The position numbers and the translations under genes are program-made. Below the pieces are notes generated by a model. That model was not told the DNA's origin, made no database searches, and saw only the letters and a program-made list of their open reading frames with translations. From assembly GCA_008632985.1 (NCBI GenBank), contig QPGO01000206.1, forward strand, positions 62,001 through 121,324: a stretch of 59,324 nt of DNA. The letters run 5' to 3'. The stretch's first letter is position 1. Every line of letters starts with the position of its first letter. This DNA comes from Psammoneis japonica (taxonomy: Eukaryota). This document shows positions 24,001 to 35,174 of the stretch, piece after piece.

Positions 24001-24905
24001 GTGCGTGTGCATCAATGCAAATGTTGAAATATCATTCACAACTACAGGATTCGATTGAAGTGTATTTTCCAATAACTCCATTTCCCGATATGCCAGCACC
24101 GGGGACGTCGACTATTGGCCCACGCTTGGACAGCGCACGATACGGCAATTGGGATGATTTTACCGTTGCTGTAATGCGTAGAGTAGACAACCTGGTTCAA
24201 AATTGCTTCAGCTTGCTCCGGGGCGCTGTCGCCGCTGTAAGGACTGCATTTGGCCAGTACATCCAAGCATGAAATCCACACTGCTTCTCCGACATGGTTC
24301 TGTGGCTGGTACGACAGTCATTTCTCTATTTGTTCATGAGCAAGTTCTGGGGTGGATGGGACTTGCGGGTGTGAGGCAAGTACATGAATCGCCTTTGCGT
24401 AAGCTTGATCTCCGGATCGAAGCGAAATGAATCGTTGCCGACAAATTCAGAAGGCTGTTCCACGAGAGGTACAACTCTGACGCTTCTTGCGCAGTGAATT
24501 TCCAACAAAAACTTACATCGGTTGCCGTCTTAAAATTCATAAATCCAGCGCCGTGAGACTTTGTTTGACCATTCAGCCACCTGTACGGTCAATGGAGGCT
24601 TGAGTCACTCATCCAGAATATTTCTCCCGCAACAACATGACTTGGTTTCCATTGACCACGCGGTTCGTTCAACAATCGCAGTGATGTCTTGCGCAGTCCG
24701 TTCCCCTCTGGGAACACAGATTTTCTTTACCGTACAGTATAGACAATCTGCTGAAAAGAGGTCTTATTTTTGTTGCATCTTGATCTGAGATAGAGTGCAG
24801 AAGAATCGCGATGCATTTCGAACGAAATGCGACGGGAGCAGCCGTTCCAAATTGCTCCTCGCATTGTGAGCCACCAAACATCGGCGTCATTGGTAATAAT
24901 TGCAC
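21021..24905 (-). pseudogene. Fragmented coding relics, partly resembling diatom PPR proteins
   Basis: Short minus-strand fragments (AIRAWSHG..PERASALVKWM..GTVTP; LDVLAKC..APEQAEAIL) broken by stops and frameshifts, interleaved with other unidentifiable fragments. Confidence 0.35.
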
Positions 24906-25267
24906 ATAAAATCGCGTTTCGAGGTGGTATATATTGCGGTGATTGCAACTTGGATAGGTAGACTACTTGTATGCGACTCGGCTGCCTTTTGTAGCGTACT
25001 GTACAGTAGTGGCGCGTACTGTGTTGCTGTGTGCGGTGTGCGCCCGCGAGTGTTCAGTGCGCGGTGGAGAGTGGTGCCGAGGGCTGCCTGCCAGCACCGC
25101 GGTGCCGCCTGCTACTACATACGGTAGTAGTAGGAATAGCCTGTTGGTTGTTGGATGGTGCGGTGCTTTATTTTGGATTTACCTGGCGCGTCGTGAAAAA
25201 ATTCAGACGCACCCAGAAGTTGTTTACTGTCTTTTCACGCATTTCAGAGCAAGCAGACTGCACCGCC

Positions 25268-26395
25268 ATGGGACGTTTGTCTCGAGACAAGCGCGATGTG
25301 TTTTATCGTCGAGCCAAGGAGACGGGATACCGCGCTCGATCTGCATTCAAGCTTTTGCAGATTGATGCTGAATTTAACTTGTTTGGAGAAACGAAAAAGG
25401 ACGATACTTGCAACGAAGCCGTCTGCCGCGTTGAACGGCTGTGGACCTGTGTGCAGCTCCGGGGAGTTGGTCCCAAGTGTTGAGCGATCGATTACAGCTT
25501 GAACAGAAAACTGATGATTTTCTCAAAGAGAACAAAGCGACGGTCCAAGGGTTGTTGCGGTAGACTTACAGCCCATGGCACCCCTGCCTGGTGTGCATTG
25601 CATTCAAGGAGATATAACTGCGCTATCGACGGCGGAAGAGATTATTCAGCACTTTCGGGGTCGACGAGCAGAGCTTGTAGTTTGTGACGGCGCCCCTGAC
25701 GTTACTGGTAGGTTGCTGCATGTGGATTCAAATTCTTTTGTCTCCTCGATATCTCATCCCTTCCTACCAACTCCCCCGCAGGTTTGCACGACATTGACGA
25801 ATACATTCAGGGTCAGCTCTTACTGAGTGCCATTAATATTACAACACATGTACTCTGTCCTGGCGGATCGTTTGTGGCAAAGATATTCCGTGGAAAGGAC
25901 GTGGGATTGCTGTACGGGCAGTTGCGATTGTTATTTAAACGCGTTAGTGTTTCGAAACCAAGTAGCTCTCGAAATTCATCTATTGAGGCATTTGTCGTAT
26001 GTCAAGGATTCTATGGAGAGCCCTATTTGGACCTTCCTCTTGAAGGTGGATTTGACGTTTGCGCGGACAAGTCTCTGCGAGGGGCAGGTGGACTAGCACA
26101 AAATAATGATGCCGCCGAGTCTATGCATCCCTCCATTGTTCCTTTCGTTGCCTGCGGAGACTTGACTGGATATGAAGCACCGTATGGCTTGGGTCCATTA
26201 GACGCGGACAAGAGTTATCCTCTCGAAGATTCAACAATGGCAGGCGGGACAAAAGAATACATCCCTCCGATTGCCCCGCCAATTAGACCACCGTACGAAG
26301 CCAGCATTGCAAAAGAGAAGGAAGTGAAGGCCAAGCGTGCATCGCCTCAGTCAAATGGTGAGTACGAAATCCACTCTTCTTGTGCATACAAGTAA
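25268..26395 (+). CDS. TRM7: tRNA (C32/G34)-2'-O-methyltransferase, with two apparent 1-nt deletions; intron 25708-25781
   Basis: [31 protein letters not shown], then in a shifted frame [14 protein letters not shown], then in a further shifted frame [45 protein letters not shown] further 3' intron at 26358 is possible. Confidence 0.85.
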
Positions 26396-26964
26396 AGGGT
26401 TGAAGCGCCAAAATACAGCCATGCGACTAGGCTTTCATTCTTTACCGTAGCCTTGTTGTTCTGTAGCTTGAAAAAGACTTGAGCGCAACAAGAACGCGTC
26501 CATTTTGCCCTTGGTCGTTCTGTCTTTGTATGGAGATTGTAGACGAGCAAGCTTCATCATTGGATCCACATTCTATGTATGAAACTCACCAGAGTGTCAT
26601 TTTACCTTCATACTTTTTGCAGTGGCGACGGGAGGAGGAGCCAGCTAGTTCGTGGTCAGTCAACGAGATTCGAGAAGGTGTGATGTCATCGATGCATTAG
26701 AAGTTTCTGCCAGTGAATTGATCACATTGAAATCATTTCCGCTGTCGAAGACCGTCCATTGAGCTCGAGCTGAAGCTTGATGCGATCTAGTTCAAGAAGT
26801 AATCTCCTCTCAGTTGTGCGACCATTGCGGTCCCACACACTAGTAAAACTATTTGAACTCTGATGCCCCATCCGGGCGTGTTGTAGAGGGAGGTTTCTCA
26901 AGCAACTGCCCCCGGCCTCGGCCCGCAGCAGTCCGCAGTCTCCAGCGACATGCCAGAGAACTGA

Positions 26965-27568
26965 AACCCACCATGGCGTTACCGACACCGACGCCTTCTC
27001 TCCACCATGGTGGAGGCGCCATCCCTTCGGGTCTAACCGCTCAGAATCTCTAATTGGATCCTGCGATCCGAGATTGGGTCGTGCTACCTCTGCTCGTCAT
27101 TGTGATTGCTGCTGTTTGTTGCGTCATAAAATCTCGGTATGCTCCTCCGTACCAAAGCCAAGAAGCAGAATTATATTGAAGGTCGGGCCAAGAACTCCTT
27201 GGCACATGCCTCCAGACTCCGTGGTGGCTCGAGCAACTTCAATTTCTTCCTCCAAGTGGGAGGCGCGGCGTCGCTTTCAGACTGCCAAAGTCAACTCCAG
27301 CAACGATGCGGGCGTGCGGTTGATACAGGATATCGTGTGGGTGCAAGAAGAAACCGAGAGCTCTGCAGCGGGCGGAGGAGGTTCTGGAGCTGATTTGTTT
27401 TCTGGGCAAGCATTACTGCACCCTGAACCCAAAGAAGAAGCTTGCAGCTAGGGCCCTGGATGATTTCTTTGGGCAGATGTAGACTGCTATGAGGAATACA
27501 TAAATTATTGTAAGAAGGAAAAGGCGAACCAGAAGTCTATTCTGAAATCTATCTGGGTTTAATCAAAC
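26965..27568 (+). pseudogene. Internally deleted duplicate of the EMC3 gene at 30902
   Basis: Near-identical 5' coding sequence from AAACCCACCATGGCG, with frameshifts and a jump from GCTGATTTG to TTCTGGGCAAG (loss of ~430 bp); includes the matching 3' flank (TCTATCTGGGTTT..ATCAAACT). Confidence 0.9.
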
Positions 27569-27662
27569 TCTCTCTGCTCTCTACTCTCTAGTAGCTAGAG
27601 AGAGCAGAGGGCTCGACTACTAACTCTACTCTAGAGAGTAGCCCAATTGTTTCCATCGGTTC

Positions 27663-27728
27663 GTGTGTCGCCCGAAACTCCCTCCGACAAGGTCTGTGTG
27701 TCGCCCGAAACTCCCTCCGGCACGGTCC
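27663..27728. repeat. 2 x 33-bp tandem repeat
   Basis: GTGTGTCGCCCGAAACTCCCTCCG at 27663 and 27696. Confidence 0.85.
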
Positions 27729-27811
27729 GTCCCGCCCTGCCCTGGCCCTGCCGCCCACCATGAGCCCCACGACAAATCGCAAGGAGAGTTCAGCTTCAAG
27801 CTGTTGAAATA

Positions 27812-30590
27812 AAAATCACACTGGCACCAAGCTCAAAGCAGGCAAGCACTCATCAGTTGTGTGCATGCAATGGACAGAAAACCAATCAAGAGTCAATGAG
27901 TGTGCAAGCACCGCCCCAAATCCTGAGTGCCCCCCCCCGCGAAGAGGAATGGATCCTCCGCTCCACTGCCCCCAATGGCAATCGCAGTCCTGTTGGCTGA
28001 TCATTGCAATTGCATCCCAAATCCATTTTGAAAACACTCGGTGCCAATGACAGATCCCACCTCAGACCAATCTCTTTCTCATCAATCAAAGGCCACCGCC
28101 CCACCCAGCACACTGACCACAGCAATGCCAAGATGTTGACAGCAGCCGCAAAAGATGAAAAAGCCACAATCTTGCATTTTGACTCAATGACATCGTGCAT
28201 CCAAACATCACAGGTTCTTCATGGCCACTCTCCAGGCAGTGTGCCAGGCCTTGCTGATTCCAGGTTGACGAGGAATTTCCAAACGCACCCGCCGCTGCAG
28301 TGCGACCCGCGCAGTCCATGGCAACAGATCTGTCGAGTGTTTGAACACGCAGTTCAGTCATTGCATTTCCCATTTGACCCCCCTTGCTTGGACAAGGAAA
28401 ATTGCATCGGTGCACAAAAATGGCACCAATGCCTTGAACTTTGTTCGCAGCAGGGTCTTGCGATCAACTTCCGACAACTGCTCCAGAATCGCTCAAATGA
28501 ATGGCGGGGCCAGCAAACATGCGCTTGCTTTGCAACCGTCAAGTGCCTGGCCATGTTGCTTCTGTGATTTTGACTTTTGGTGGCATTCAAATGTTTCCAC
28601 ATGCCCGCCACATCCTTGGCCACGAACACATTTTCTGTGTGAAACTGCAAGCTTTTGAGTGCATCGTCCCGCGCGACAACAACGTGCTTTGTTCAATGAA
28701 AAGACCTTTTCCAGCTGCTCCCAACATGACATTGTGTCATTGCCAAATGCCAAAATGTTGCCCTTTCTGTTCAATGCTGTGCCGATCAGTTTTTAACTTG
28801 TTGCCGTGCCTGACAGTTGCTGAGCCAATTGCTCCCACGACTTGCATGCTGTGGCATTCTCAAGGGAACAGCCCACAAGCAGTCGATGCACCCAAACAAG
28901 GCCACCAGAACTGTTAAAAAAAAACAATCTTCATCTCTCTTCCACTTTCATGCCAAAGCTGCTTCTTTTCACCATCCAGCAAAGCTTTCAGAGTTGTCAA
29001 GACTTTGCTCTTGAAAAACATTCGCGGCACGTTGGAGAATTTTGCAAGACTGGCCTTGCAACTGCATTTGTTGCCTTGCACAATTCTGTCTGCCACCACT
29101 TTTCTTGTTTTCTTCACTGCAGACATGGGTGCTTTGCTTTTGACAAGGTCAATCAAAGTTTTGGTGGCCCAGTGAGAGAACTCCATGGTGACAAGAGACA
29201 ACTTCGGCAATGGATTCTGAGTTGGTTCTCAAAAACTGATTCACGGCTCTGGTTGCAAAAGACAGCGAGCCAACAATGTTGCACCACTTGGCTGCCCTGA
29301 TGGCCATGAGCACTTCATTTCAAGACTTGGACAAGTCTGTCTCTGAGTCAAATTGTTGAATGTCATGAATCCAACGCAGTCACCTCCGGAGCAGCTGGTT
29401 TTGATGCCGTGTGACAGCTGGGAGGAGAACAAAAAAGAAAACTCTGACTTTTCGTGATCTCTCCCGAAAGCAATTGTTGTGTGACAAATGTCTGGTGTGC
29501 AGCCACCAGAAAGGTCCCATTCTCCAAAATCTTGATTTTAAAGGCTCAAGCATGCCCAAACATTGCAAACATCATGGTCTTGACAGAACTTTGCATGATT
29601 TGAAAAAATTGGCGGGGTGAGATTCTTGTCAGATTTTCAACAAACAAATGAAGCGCAAACCATTTTCACTGCCAAAGATGCACAGGATCAACTGCAGCTC
29701 AGCAAAGGCTTTCTGCATGCCATGCTTCATTTTCCAACACCTTGATTGAAGGCCAAAGCTTCATCAAACATGCTGGCCATTGATGATTGTTGCGACGTTG
29801 GACGTGTCTCCAGTCCGCTCTCACCACTGTTGAAGGTCTCGGCTGAAAAATTGGAGCTGGGGGCAAACAATGCAGACATGTCTGTCACCAACAAGGTGTT
29901 CCAAGTTGAAACATGACTTCATTTGTCATTGGTGAGTGTCTCATTGGCGAAGCCAATGAGCGGCAGCAGAGTTCAGCGTGACGCATTCCAGCTCTGGGTG
30001 GGACCTCGCGCTGCTGCACTGTGACATCAACAGCTTTTTGGATCGCGTCACATGTCACACATGTGCATTTCTGCGTGCCACATTCTACAAAATTGTTTCA
30101 TGCTCCCTGTTTTGCGAAGCCAAAGGCTTTCCATTTTCAACATTTGCAAGAATGAAAATGCACTGGGCACACTCTTCAATGTCTGAAGAGTGCACCCGGG
30201 CAAACTGTCGATGATGCACTGCAAGCATGGAGGAGGAGATGCATTTGCAAATTGCCTCTTTTTCTGTTGGCAATCATTTGTGCTTTCATTGCAGCACAAA
30301 TTTGCTGTGGAGCTCGTGCGCAGAATTCTCTGCGGGCCCAATGTCACACGGAGCCCCACCTGGGGCTGGAGCCCGTCACGTGCAAGCATGTCTTTTCCGG
30401 GTTCATTTCCAGACTGCTGGGAATCGCTTCTCTGGATTTCCAGCACGACGCATTTTCCAGGTTTCCAGTGAGCCAAAGCTTCCGGGCTTCTTGGGAGACG
30501 CAGCCTCCGGGTTTCTGGGGAGACGCTGTTTCCGGGCTTTCAATGGGGCACAGCTTCTGGGTTTCCAGCACAGCCTCACTTCCAGGTTTT
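27812..30590. mobile_element. TpA-erased unclassified element between the EMC3 copies
   Basis: 4 TpA in ~2.8 kb; many Tyr-free ORFs; shares ~70 bp of homology with 36772-36841, so it is repetitive. Confidence 0.55.
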
Positions 30591-30832
30591 TAGTGGGACT
30601 TTGCTTCCGGGCATCCAGCGAGCCGTTGCTTCCTGGTTTCAGGGGTTCAGGGACACTTTGCTTCGGGTTTCTAGAGGGACTCATTCCGGGTTTCCGGTTT
30701 CCAATGCGGATTGCACTCCGGGTTTCCAGCGCCGATTCTTTTCCGGGTTTCTGACAAGAAATCCTTTCCGGGTTATTTCTGACAAGACGTCGATTCCGGG
30801 TTTCTACTTCTAGCGAGACTTCCGGGTTTCCA
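30396..30832. repeat. ~17-unit array, 25-bp period, core TCCGGGTTTC with variable linkers
   Basis: Cores at 30431, 30456, 30481, 30506, 30531, 30556, 30581, 30606, 30631 (exact 25-bp spacing), then 30662, 30685, 30717, 30742, 30767, 30795, 30821, plus 30396. Confidence 0.85.
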
Positions 30833-30901
30833 ACGCGACGCTGCACGCGGCGGCTGCAGGATGCGAGGACTGGTACTACTTTTATTCAAAGAAAACCCAC
30901 C

Positions 30902-31864
30902 ATGGCGTTACCGACACCGACGCCTTCTCTCGACCATGGTGGAGGCGCCATCCCTTCGGGTCTAACCGCTCAGAATCTCTTATTGGATCCTGCGATCCGA
31001 GATTGGGTCGTGCTACCTCTGCTCGTCATTATGATTGCTGCTGGTTTGTTGCGTCATTATCTCGGTATGCTTCTCCGTACCAAAGCGAAGAAGCAGAATT
31101 ACATTGAAGGTCGGGCCAAGAACTCCTTGGCACATGCCTCCAGACTCCGTGGTGGCTCGAGCAACTTTATTTCTTCCTCCAAGTGGGAGGCGCGGCGTCG
31201 CTTTCAGAGTGCCAAAGGCAGCTCCAGCAACGATACGGGCGGGCGGTTGAGACAGGAGATCGTGTGGGTGCAAGAAGAAACCGAGAGCTCTGCAGCGGGC
31301 GAAGGAGGTTCTGGGGCTGATTTGATGAATCCCGCATCCATGGTGGAGGGACTTCAGGGCAACATGGTGTTTATGGTGCAGAACATGATTATGATGCAGG
31401 GAATCTCGTACTTTTTCAAGGGGTATATTTTGGTTAAAGTGCCGTTCGCGCTGACGAATGGCTTCAAGGGAATGTTTCAACGCGGTCTTGACTTGAACAC
31501 TCTCGACACGTCATATGTATCCAGTGTTTCATGGTACTTCTTGGTCATGTTTGGCTTGCGTGCGTTCTTTCGCTTGGTTATTGGAGATCCGTCCCAAGAA
31601 ATGCAAGAGTCCGTCAAGATTCAGCAGGGCCTCGGAACGTTGACAAACGCACCGGGGGGGCCGCAACAGTTTGACGCTGAATCAGTCTTGAAGTCAGAAG
31701 CTGACAACTTGGAGCTCTTACCGCGGCACAAATCTAACTTGGATACGGTGGAAAAGCGTCTTCTGGGCAAGCGTTACCCAAAGAAGAAGCTTGCCGCTAG
31801 TGCGGGTCAGCATGATTTCTTTGGGCAGATATCCTCCAAGCAAGGTAAAAAGAAAAAGTCCTGA
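30902..31864 (+). CDS. EMC3: ER membrane protein complex subunit 3
   Basis: LLLDPAIRDWVVLP, FFKGYILVKVPFALTNGFKGMFQRG, YVSSVSWYFLVMFGLR; intact 320-aa ORF. Confidence 0.93.
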   Translation: MALPTPTPSLDHGGGAIPSGLTAQNLLLDPAIRDWVVLPLLVIMIAAGLLRHYLGMLLRTKAKKQNYIEGRAKNSLAHASRLRGGSSNFISSSKWEARRRFQSAKGSSSNDTGGRLRQEIVWVQEETESSAAGEGGSGADLMNPASMVEGLQGNMVFMVQNMIMMQGISYFFKGYILVKVPFALTNGFKGMFQRGLDLNTLDTSYVSSVSWYFLVMFGLRAFFRLVIGDPSQEMQESVKIQQGLGTLTNAPGGPQQFDAESVLKSEADNLELLPRHKSNLDTVEKRLLGKRYPKKKLAASAGQHDFFGQISSKQGKKKKS

Positions 31865-32055
31865 TTGAAATAATGTGTTGATGTGTGGTGTGGTTATGTA
31901 TATCGTTCTCATAATGTTATAAGAGGGAAAATGTGAACCAAAAATCTATTCTGTAGTCTATCTGGGTTTGATCAAACTATCATAGTACTCACTCTACGTT
32001 GTGGATATTTACAATGGCTGTGATGGAATCAAAATTGTCTCCCTCCCTCTCCGTC

Positions 32056-32831
32056 TCACTGCACCTTGCAAACCGTAGGGTCGTATTGTGAAGCATGAAA
32101 CGGATTGTGTGTCTCATTCAAAGCCGATACCTGTCGCATCAGCAAGGTTGATAATGGCACTGGCCGGTAGGACGACACCGTGTGTGGTGTCTTGATGTCA
32201 GCTCTTTCGTATTCTCCAAAGACAAAGCGGTCGACACCAATAATGACACTGCCCGCGTAAGGATACATGTGCCACATGTTGTGCCAAAATACAAATAAGT
32301 CGCGATCAATCGCTGCTTGTGCCAATTGTGAATAGTAAAAGGCAACGATCGCTAGTACTGCAGCCAACAGATACAAGTAACTAGTCATCGGTCTTGTTCC
32401 TTTGTGATAGAACATGGCACCAATTTTGCTCAGTTCCAGTACCATCGATGCCGACGCCGAGAAGCGATCAATAACGTGAAATATGGAGTCATTGGTCATG
32501 TTCTTGTAGTCAGCCAAGAAGGAAAGCGGACCTAAACAGAGTTGTGAAAAGCTTCAAGTGAGATTCGACTGCAATCACCCCGAATCAATCCTTTGCTGTC
32601 GTGCTCCTCACCTTGCACGAAAATGAGATAGAGCGCAAAGCCTCTATACGGGAAAAATCGACAATTATCAATCCATTTTGGCTTGGTAAGAAACATCATG
32701 ATGCCCGCAATCGAGTAGCCGAAGCAACCAACCCCAAACCACCACGGCATGTGGAGCTCTTCGAGATAAAAGTTTGTCGTTGACTTGAAAAACCAAGCAA
32801 CCAAGTCTTGCTGTAACAAACACGGACCCAT
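32056..32831 (-). CDS. Multi-pass membrane protein (possibly CREST-like), 2 exons: 32831-32612, 32531-32056
   Basis: Hydrophobic helices; LSFLADY..HVIDR..WHNMWH; in-frame intron 32611-32532. Confidence 0.7.
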
Positions 32832-33176
32832 GTCTCCTTCACAAATTACCACAAAACTCACAGCAGACGACAAGTAAAAGCACTTCTAGCTACTTTCGGG
32901 CTTTACGCATTGACATGATGGTTTGTAGGCATCAGCGCATGCTCGATCGCTTCGTCATCGCATCGGCACTATCGGCACACCTTTTTTCTTTTTGTCGACG
33001 CGACGACGCCGACGTCACCACCGCGTCAGCAAAACGCAAAAGTCCATCCGTCGATCGTATGAGTATCGTAACCAACAACTGTCGCGTTGACACAACATGC
33101 AACCTCCAAACCCGCCATCACAAGCATCGAGCATCGCCCATGGCAAAATTCAAGTGCCGCCAGAAGAAAATACCGG

Positions 33177-35174
33177 ATGCCCATAGATATGTTTTCACGT
33201 TGCTTTGCTACGACACTATGGTTGGTGCTTCCAATGATAACAAGGGTTAATTCTTTCTTTGGTGTTGTGCGTCAGCGCAGTTCTCCCTCTGCTTTGTTGC
33301 CGTTCCCTCCGACGAAAAGTGCAAAGAGAGGCTTTTTGTCGGTCGTTAGCCATGACAGCGAGGTTTCCGACGATGGAGGGGAAAATGCTATTTTTGAAAG
33401 AAACCTCCCTCTGATTCAATCATTTCGTCAGGTATCTCGTTCTATTGAAACGCATCACAACAACTCGTCGACGGTGCAGAAGCGGCTTGTACGAAAAGGG
33501 CTAGAGTATGACTTGTATCGGCGTTCTAAACGGTTCCAGGAAGAGGATATTATCACATCGTCATTTGATCGCGTTCCAGGGTGCGTTGCAACTGTGCACA
33601 TCCAAACTACTCTGGTTCCAATTGGAAACACAGAGAATACCAATGATGCCACTAGATACAGGGTTTGGTTGAACGGTACTTCAGATGCCATGTTGAGTCG
33701 AGGACTTTTGGCATGTTTTTCTGAGGCCGTGTCGGGACTGGACGTTTCCGCAAACGATGTGCTGCAGTTGGAACCGGGATTGGTTTCCAACCAACTTCAT
33801 TTGGATCATGTGCTAAGTCGAGGACGGAATGATGGTCTTGCTAGTATGATGCGCACGGTGCAGCAACAAATTCGAGCCCTTCTGCGTCACAATGATGAGC
33901 AAACTAAAGTCAATTCCACTGACGTAATATCAACTGCAAGCATTGGCAGTCAAAACGCTTCTAACCAAAAGACCGTAGCTATGTTGCTATCGGGTGGTGT
34001 CGACTCTTCCGTAGCGCTCAATCTGCTCAAACGAGATGGATTTAACGTAACTGCATTTTATCTCAAGATTTGGTTGGAAGATGAATTGGCGCACTTAGGT
34101 CAATGTCCGTGGGAAGATGACTATAACATATGCAAACAAGTGTGTCAACAAGCTGGTGTGCCTCTAGAAACCATCTCGCTACAAGAAGAGTACAAGTGCC
34201 GTGTGATTAGCTATACCGTAAATGAAGCAAAACGTGGGAGGACGCCGAATCCGGATATTATGTGCAATTCCCGTGTTAAGTTTGGCTGTTTCTACGATGC
34301 CATTGAGGCAAGAAACTTTGACTACGTAGCATCGGGCCACTATGCGCAACTTGTGTCAGACGACGAGGGAAACAAACCGATTCGGCGCCTATTTCGTGCA
34401 CCGGACCCAATAAAGGATCAGAGCTACTTCTTGTGCGCTCTGACGCAAAAGCAGTTGCAACGTGTCTTGTTTCCGATTGGGCATTTGCAGAAATCTCAAG
34501 TCCGAGAGCTAGCGCAAACCCTAGCCTTGCCAAATCGGCAAAGACCAGACTCTCAAGGCCTTTGCTTCTTAGGCAAGGTCAAGTTCGATGAATTCCTTGC
34601 AGCATACTTGGGNNNNNNNNNNNNNNNNNNNNNNNNNNNNNNNNNNNNNNNNNNNNNNNNNNNNNNNNNNNNNNNNNNNNNNNNNNNNNNNNNNNNNNNN
34701 NNNNNNNNNNNNNNNNNNNNNNNNNNNNNNNNNNNNNNNNNNNNNNNNNNNNNNNNNNNNNNNNNNNNNNNNNNNNNNNNNNNNNNNNNNNNNNNNNNNN
34801 NNNNNNNNNNNNNNNNNNNNNNNNNNNNNNNNNNNNNNNNNNNNNNNNNNNNNNNNNNNNNNNNNNNNNNNNNNNNNNNNNNNNNGTACTTTCAACGACG
34901 AACAACAGCGAACACCGGAACTGTTTTGGTAGGTAGATTCCATTTTAAGATACGACATGGTCCAAAATTGGTAGAGGGGACTCTTACATTGGATAAGAAT
35001 GAAAACGGCGGTGGTGTTCAACTAGATGAAAAAGACGGGGGCCTCGCTCCTGGCCAGTTTGTCGTATTTTACGCCTTAAATGGCAGTGAATGTTTGGGTG
35101 GTGGTGTTATTAGTGAACGGCACTGGACAAAGTTCCTCTTGGACCAAGACTCTGTCCATGAAAGCTTTTCGTGA
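33177..35174 (+). CDS. mnmA: SufE-like domain fused to tRNA 2-thiouridylase MnmA, predicted plastid-targeted; spans an N gap
   Basis: SufE motifs RVPGCVATV, SDAMLSRGL, LSRGRNDGL; MnmA motifs LSGGVDSS, TPNPDIMCN, SGHYA, KDQSYFL, DSQGLCFLG, APGQFVVFY; signal peptide ending VNS-FF. Confidence 0.9.
   Translation: MPIDMFSRCFATTLWLVLPMITRVNSFFGVVRQRSSPSALLPFPPTKSAKRGFLSVVSHDSEVSDDGGENAIFERNLPLIQSFRQVSRSIETHHNNSSTVQKRLVRKGLEYDLYRRSKRFQEEDIITSSFDRVPGCVATVHIQTTLVPIGNTENTNDATRYRVWLNGTSDAMLSRGLLACFSEAVSGLDVSANDVLQLEPGLVSNQLHLDHVLSRGRNDGLASMMRTVQQQIRALLRHNDEQTKVNSTDVISTASIGSQNASNQKTVAMLLSGGVDSSVALNLLKRDGFNVTAFYLKIWLEDELAHLGQCPWEDDYNICKQVCQQAGVPLETISLQEEYKCRVISYTVNEAKRGRTPNPDIMCNSRVKFGCFYDAIEARNFDYVASGHYAQLVSDDEGNKPIRRLFRAPDPIKDQSYFLCALTQKQLQRVLFPIGHLQKSQVRELAQTLALPNRQRPDSQGLCFLGKVKFDEFLAAYLXXXXXXXXXXXXXXXXXXXXXXXXXXXXXXXXXXXXXXXXXXXXXXXXXXXXXXXXXXXXXXXXXXXXXXXXXXXXXXXXXXXXXXXXXXXXYFQRRTTANTGTVLVGRFHFKIRHGPKLVEGTLTLDKNENGGGVQLDEKDGGLAPGQFVVFYALNGSECLGGGVISERHWTKFLLDQDSVHESFS
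34613..34885. other. Assembly gap (273 N)
   Basis: Run of N. Confidence 0.99.

Noticed and set aside
30355..30371. CCACCTGGGGCTG resembles a 23S rRNA segment
   Set aside because: No flanking rRNA similarity.
27816..30480. Dense overlapping C/H/W-rich ORFs on both strands (also 36.5-41.8 kb and 48.3-49.9 kb) as novel genes or an alternative genetic code
   Set aside because: Explained by loss of TAA/TAG/TAY through TpA erasure; neighbouring genes use Tyr and TAA/TAG normally.
30396..30832. CRISPR array
   Set aside because: Core is only ~10-13 bp and degenerate, linkers ~13 bp, no cas genes, eukaryotic context.
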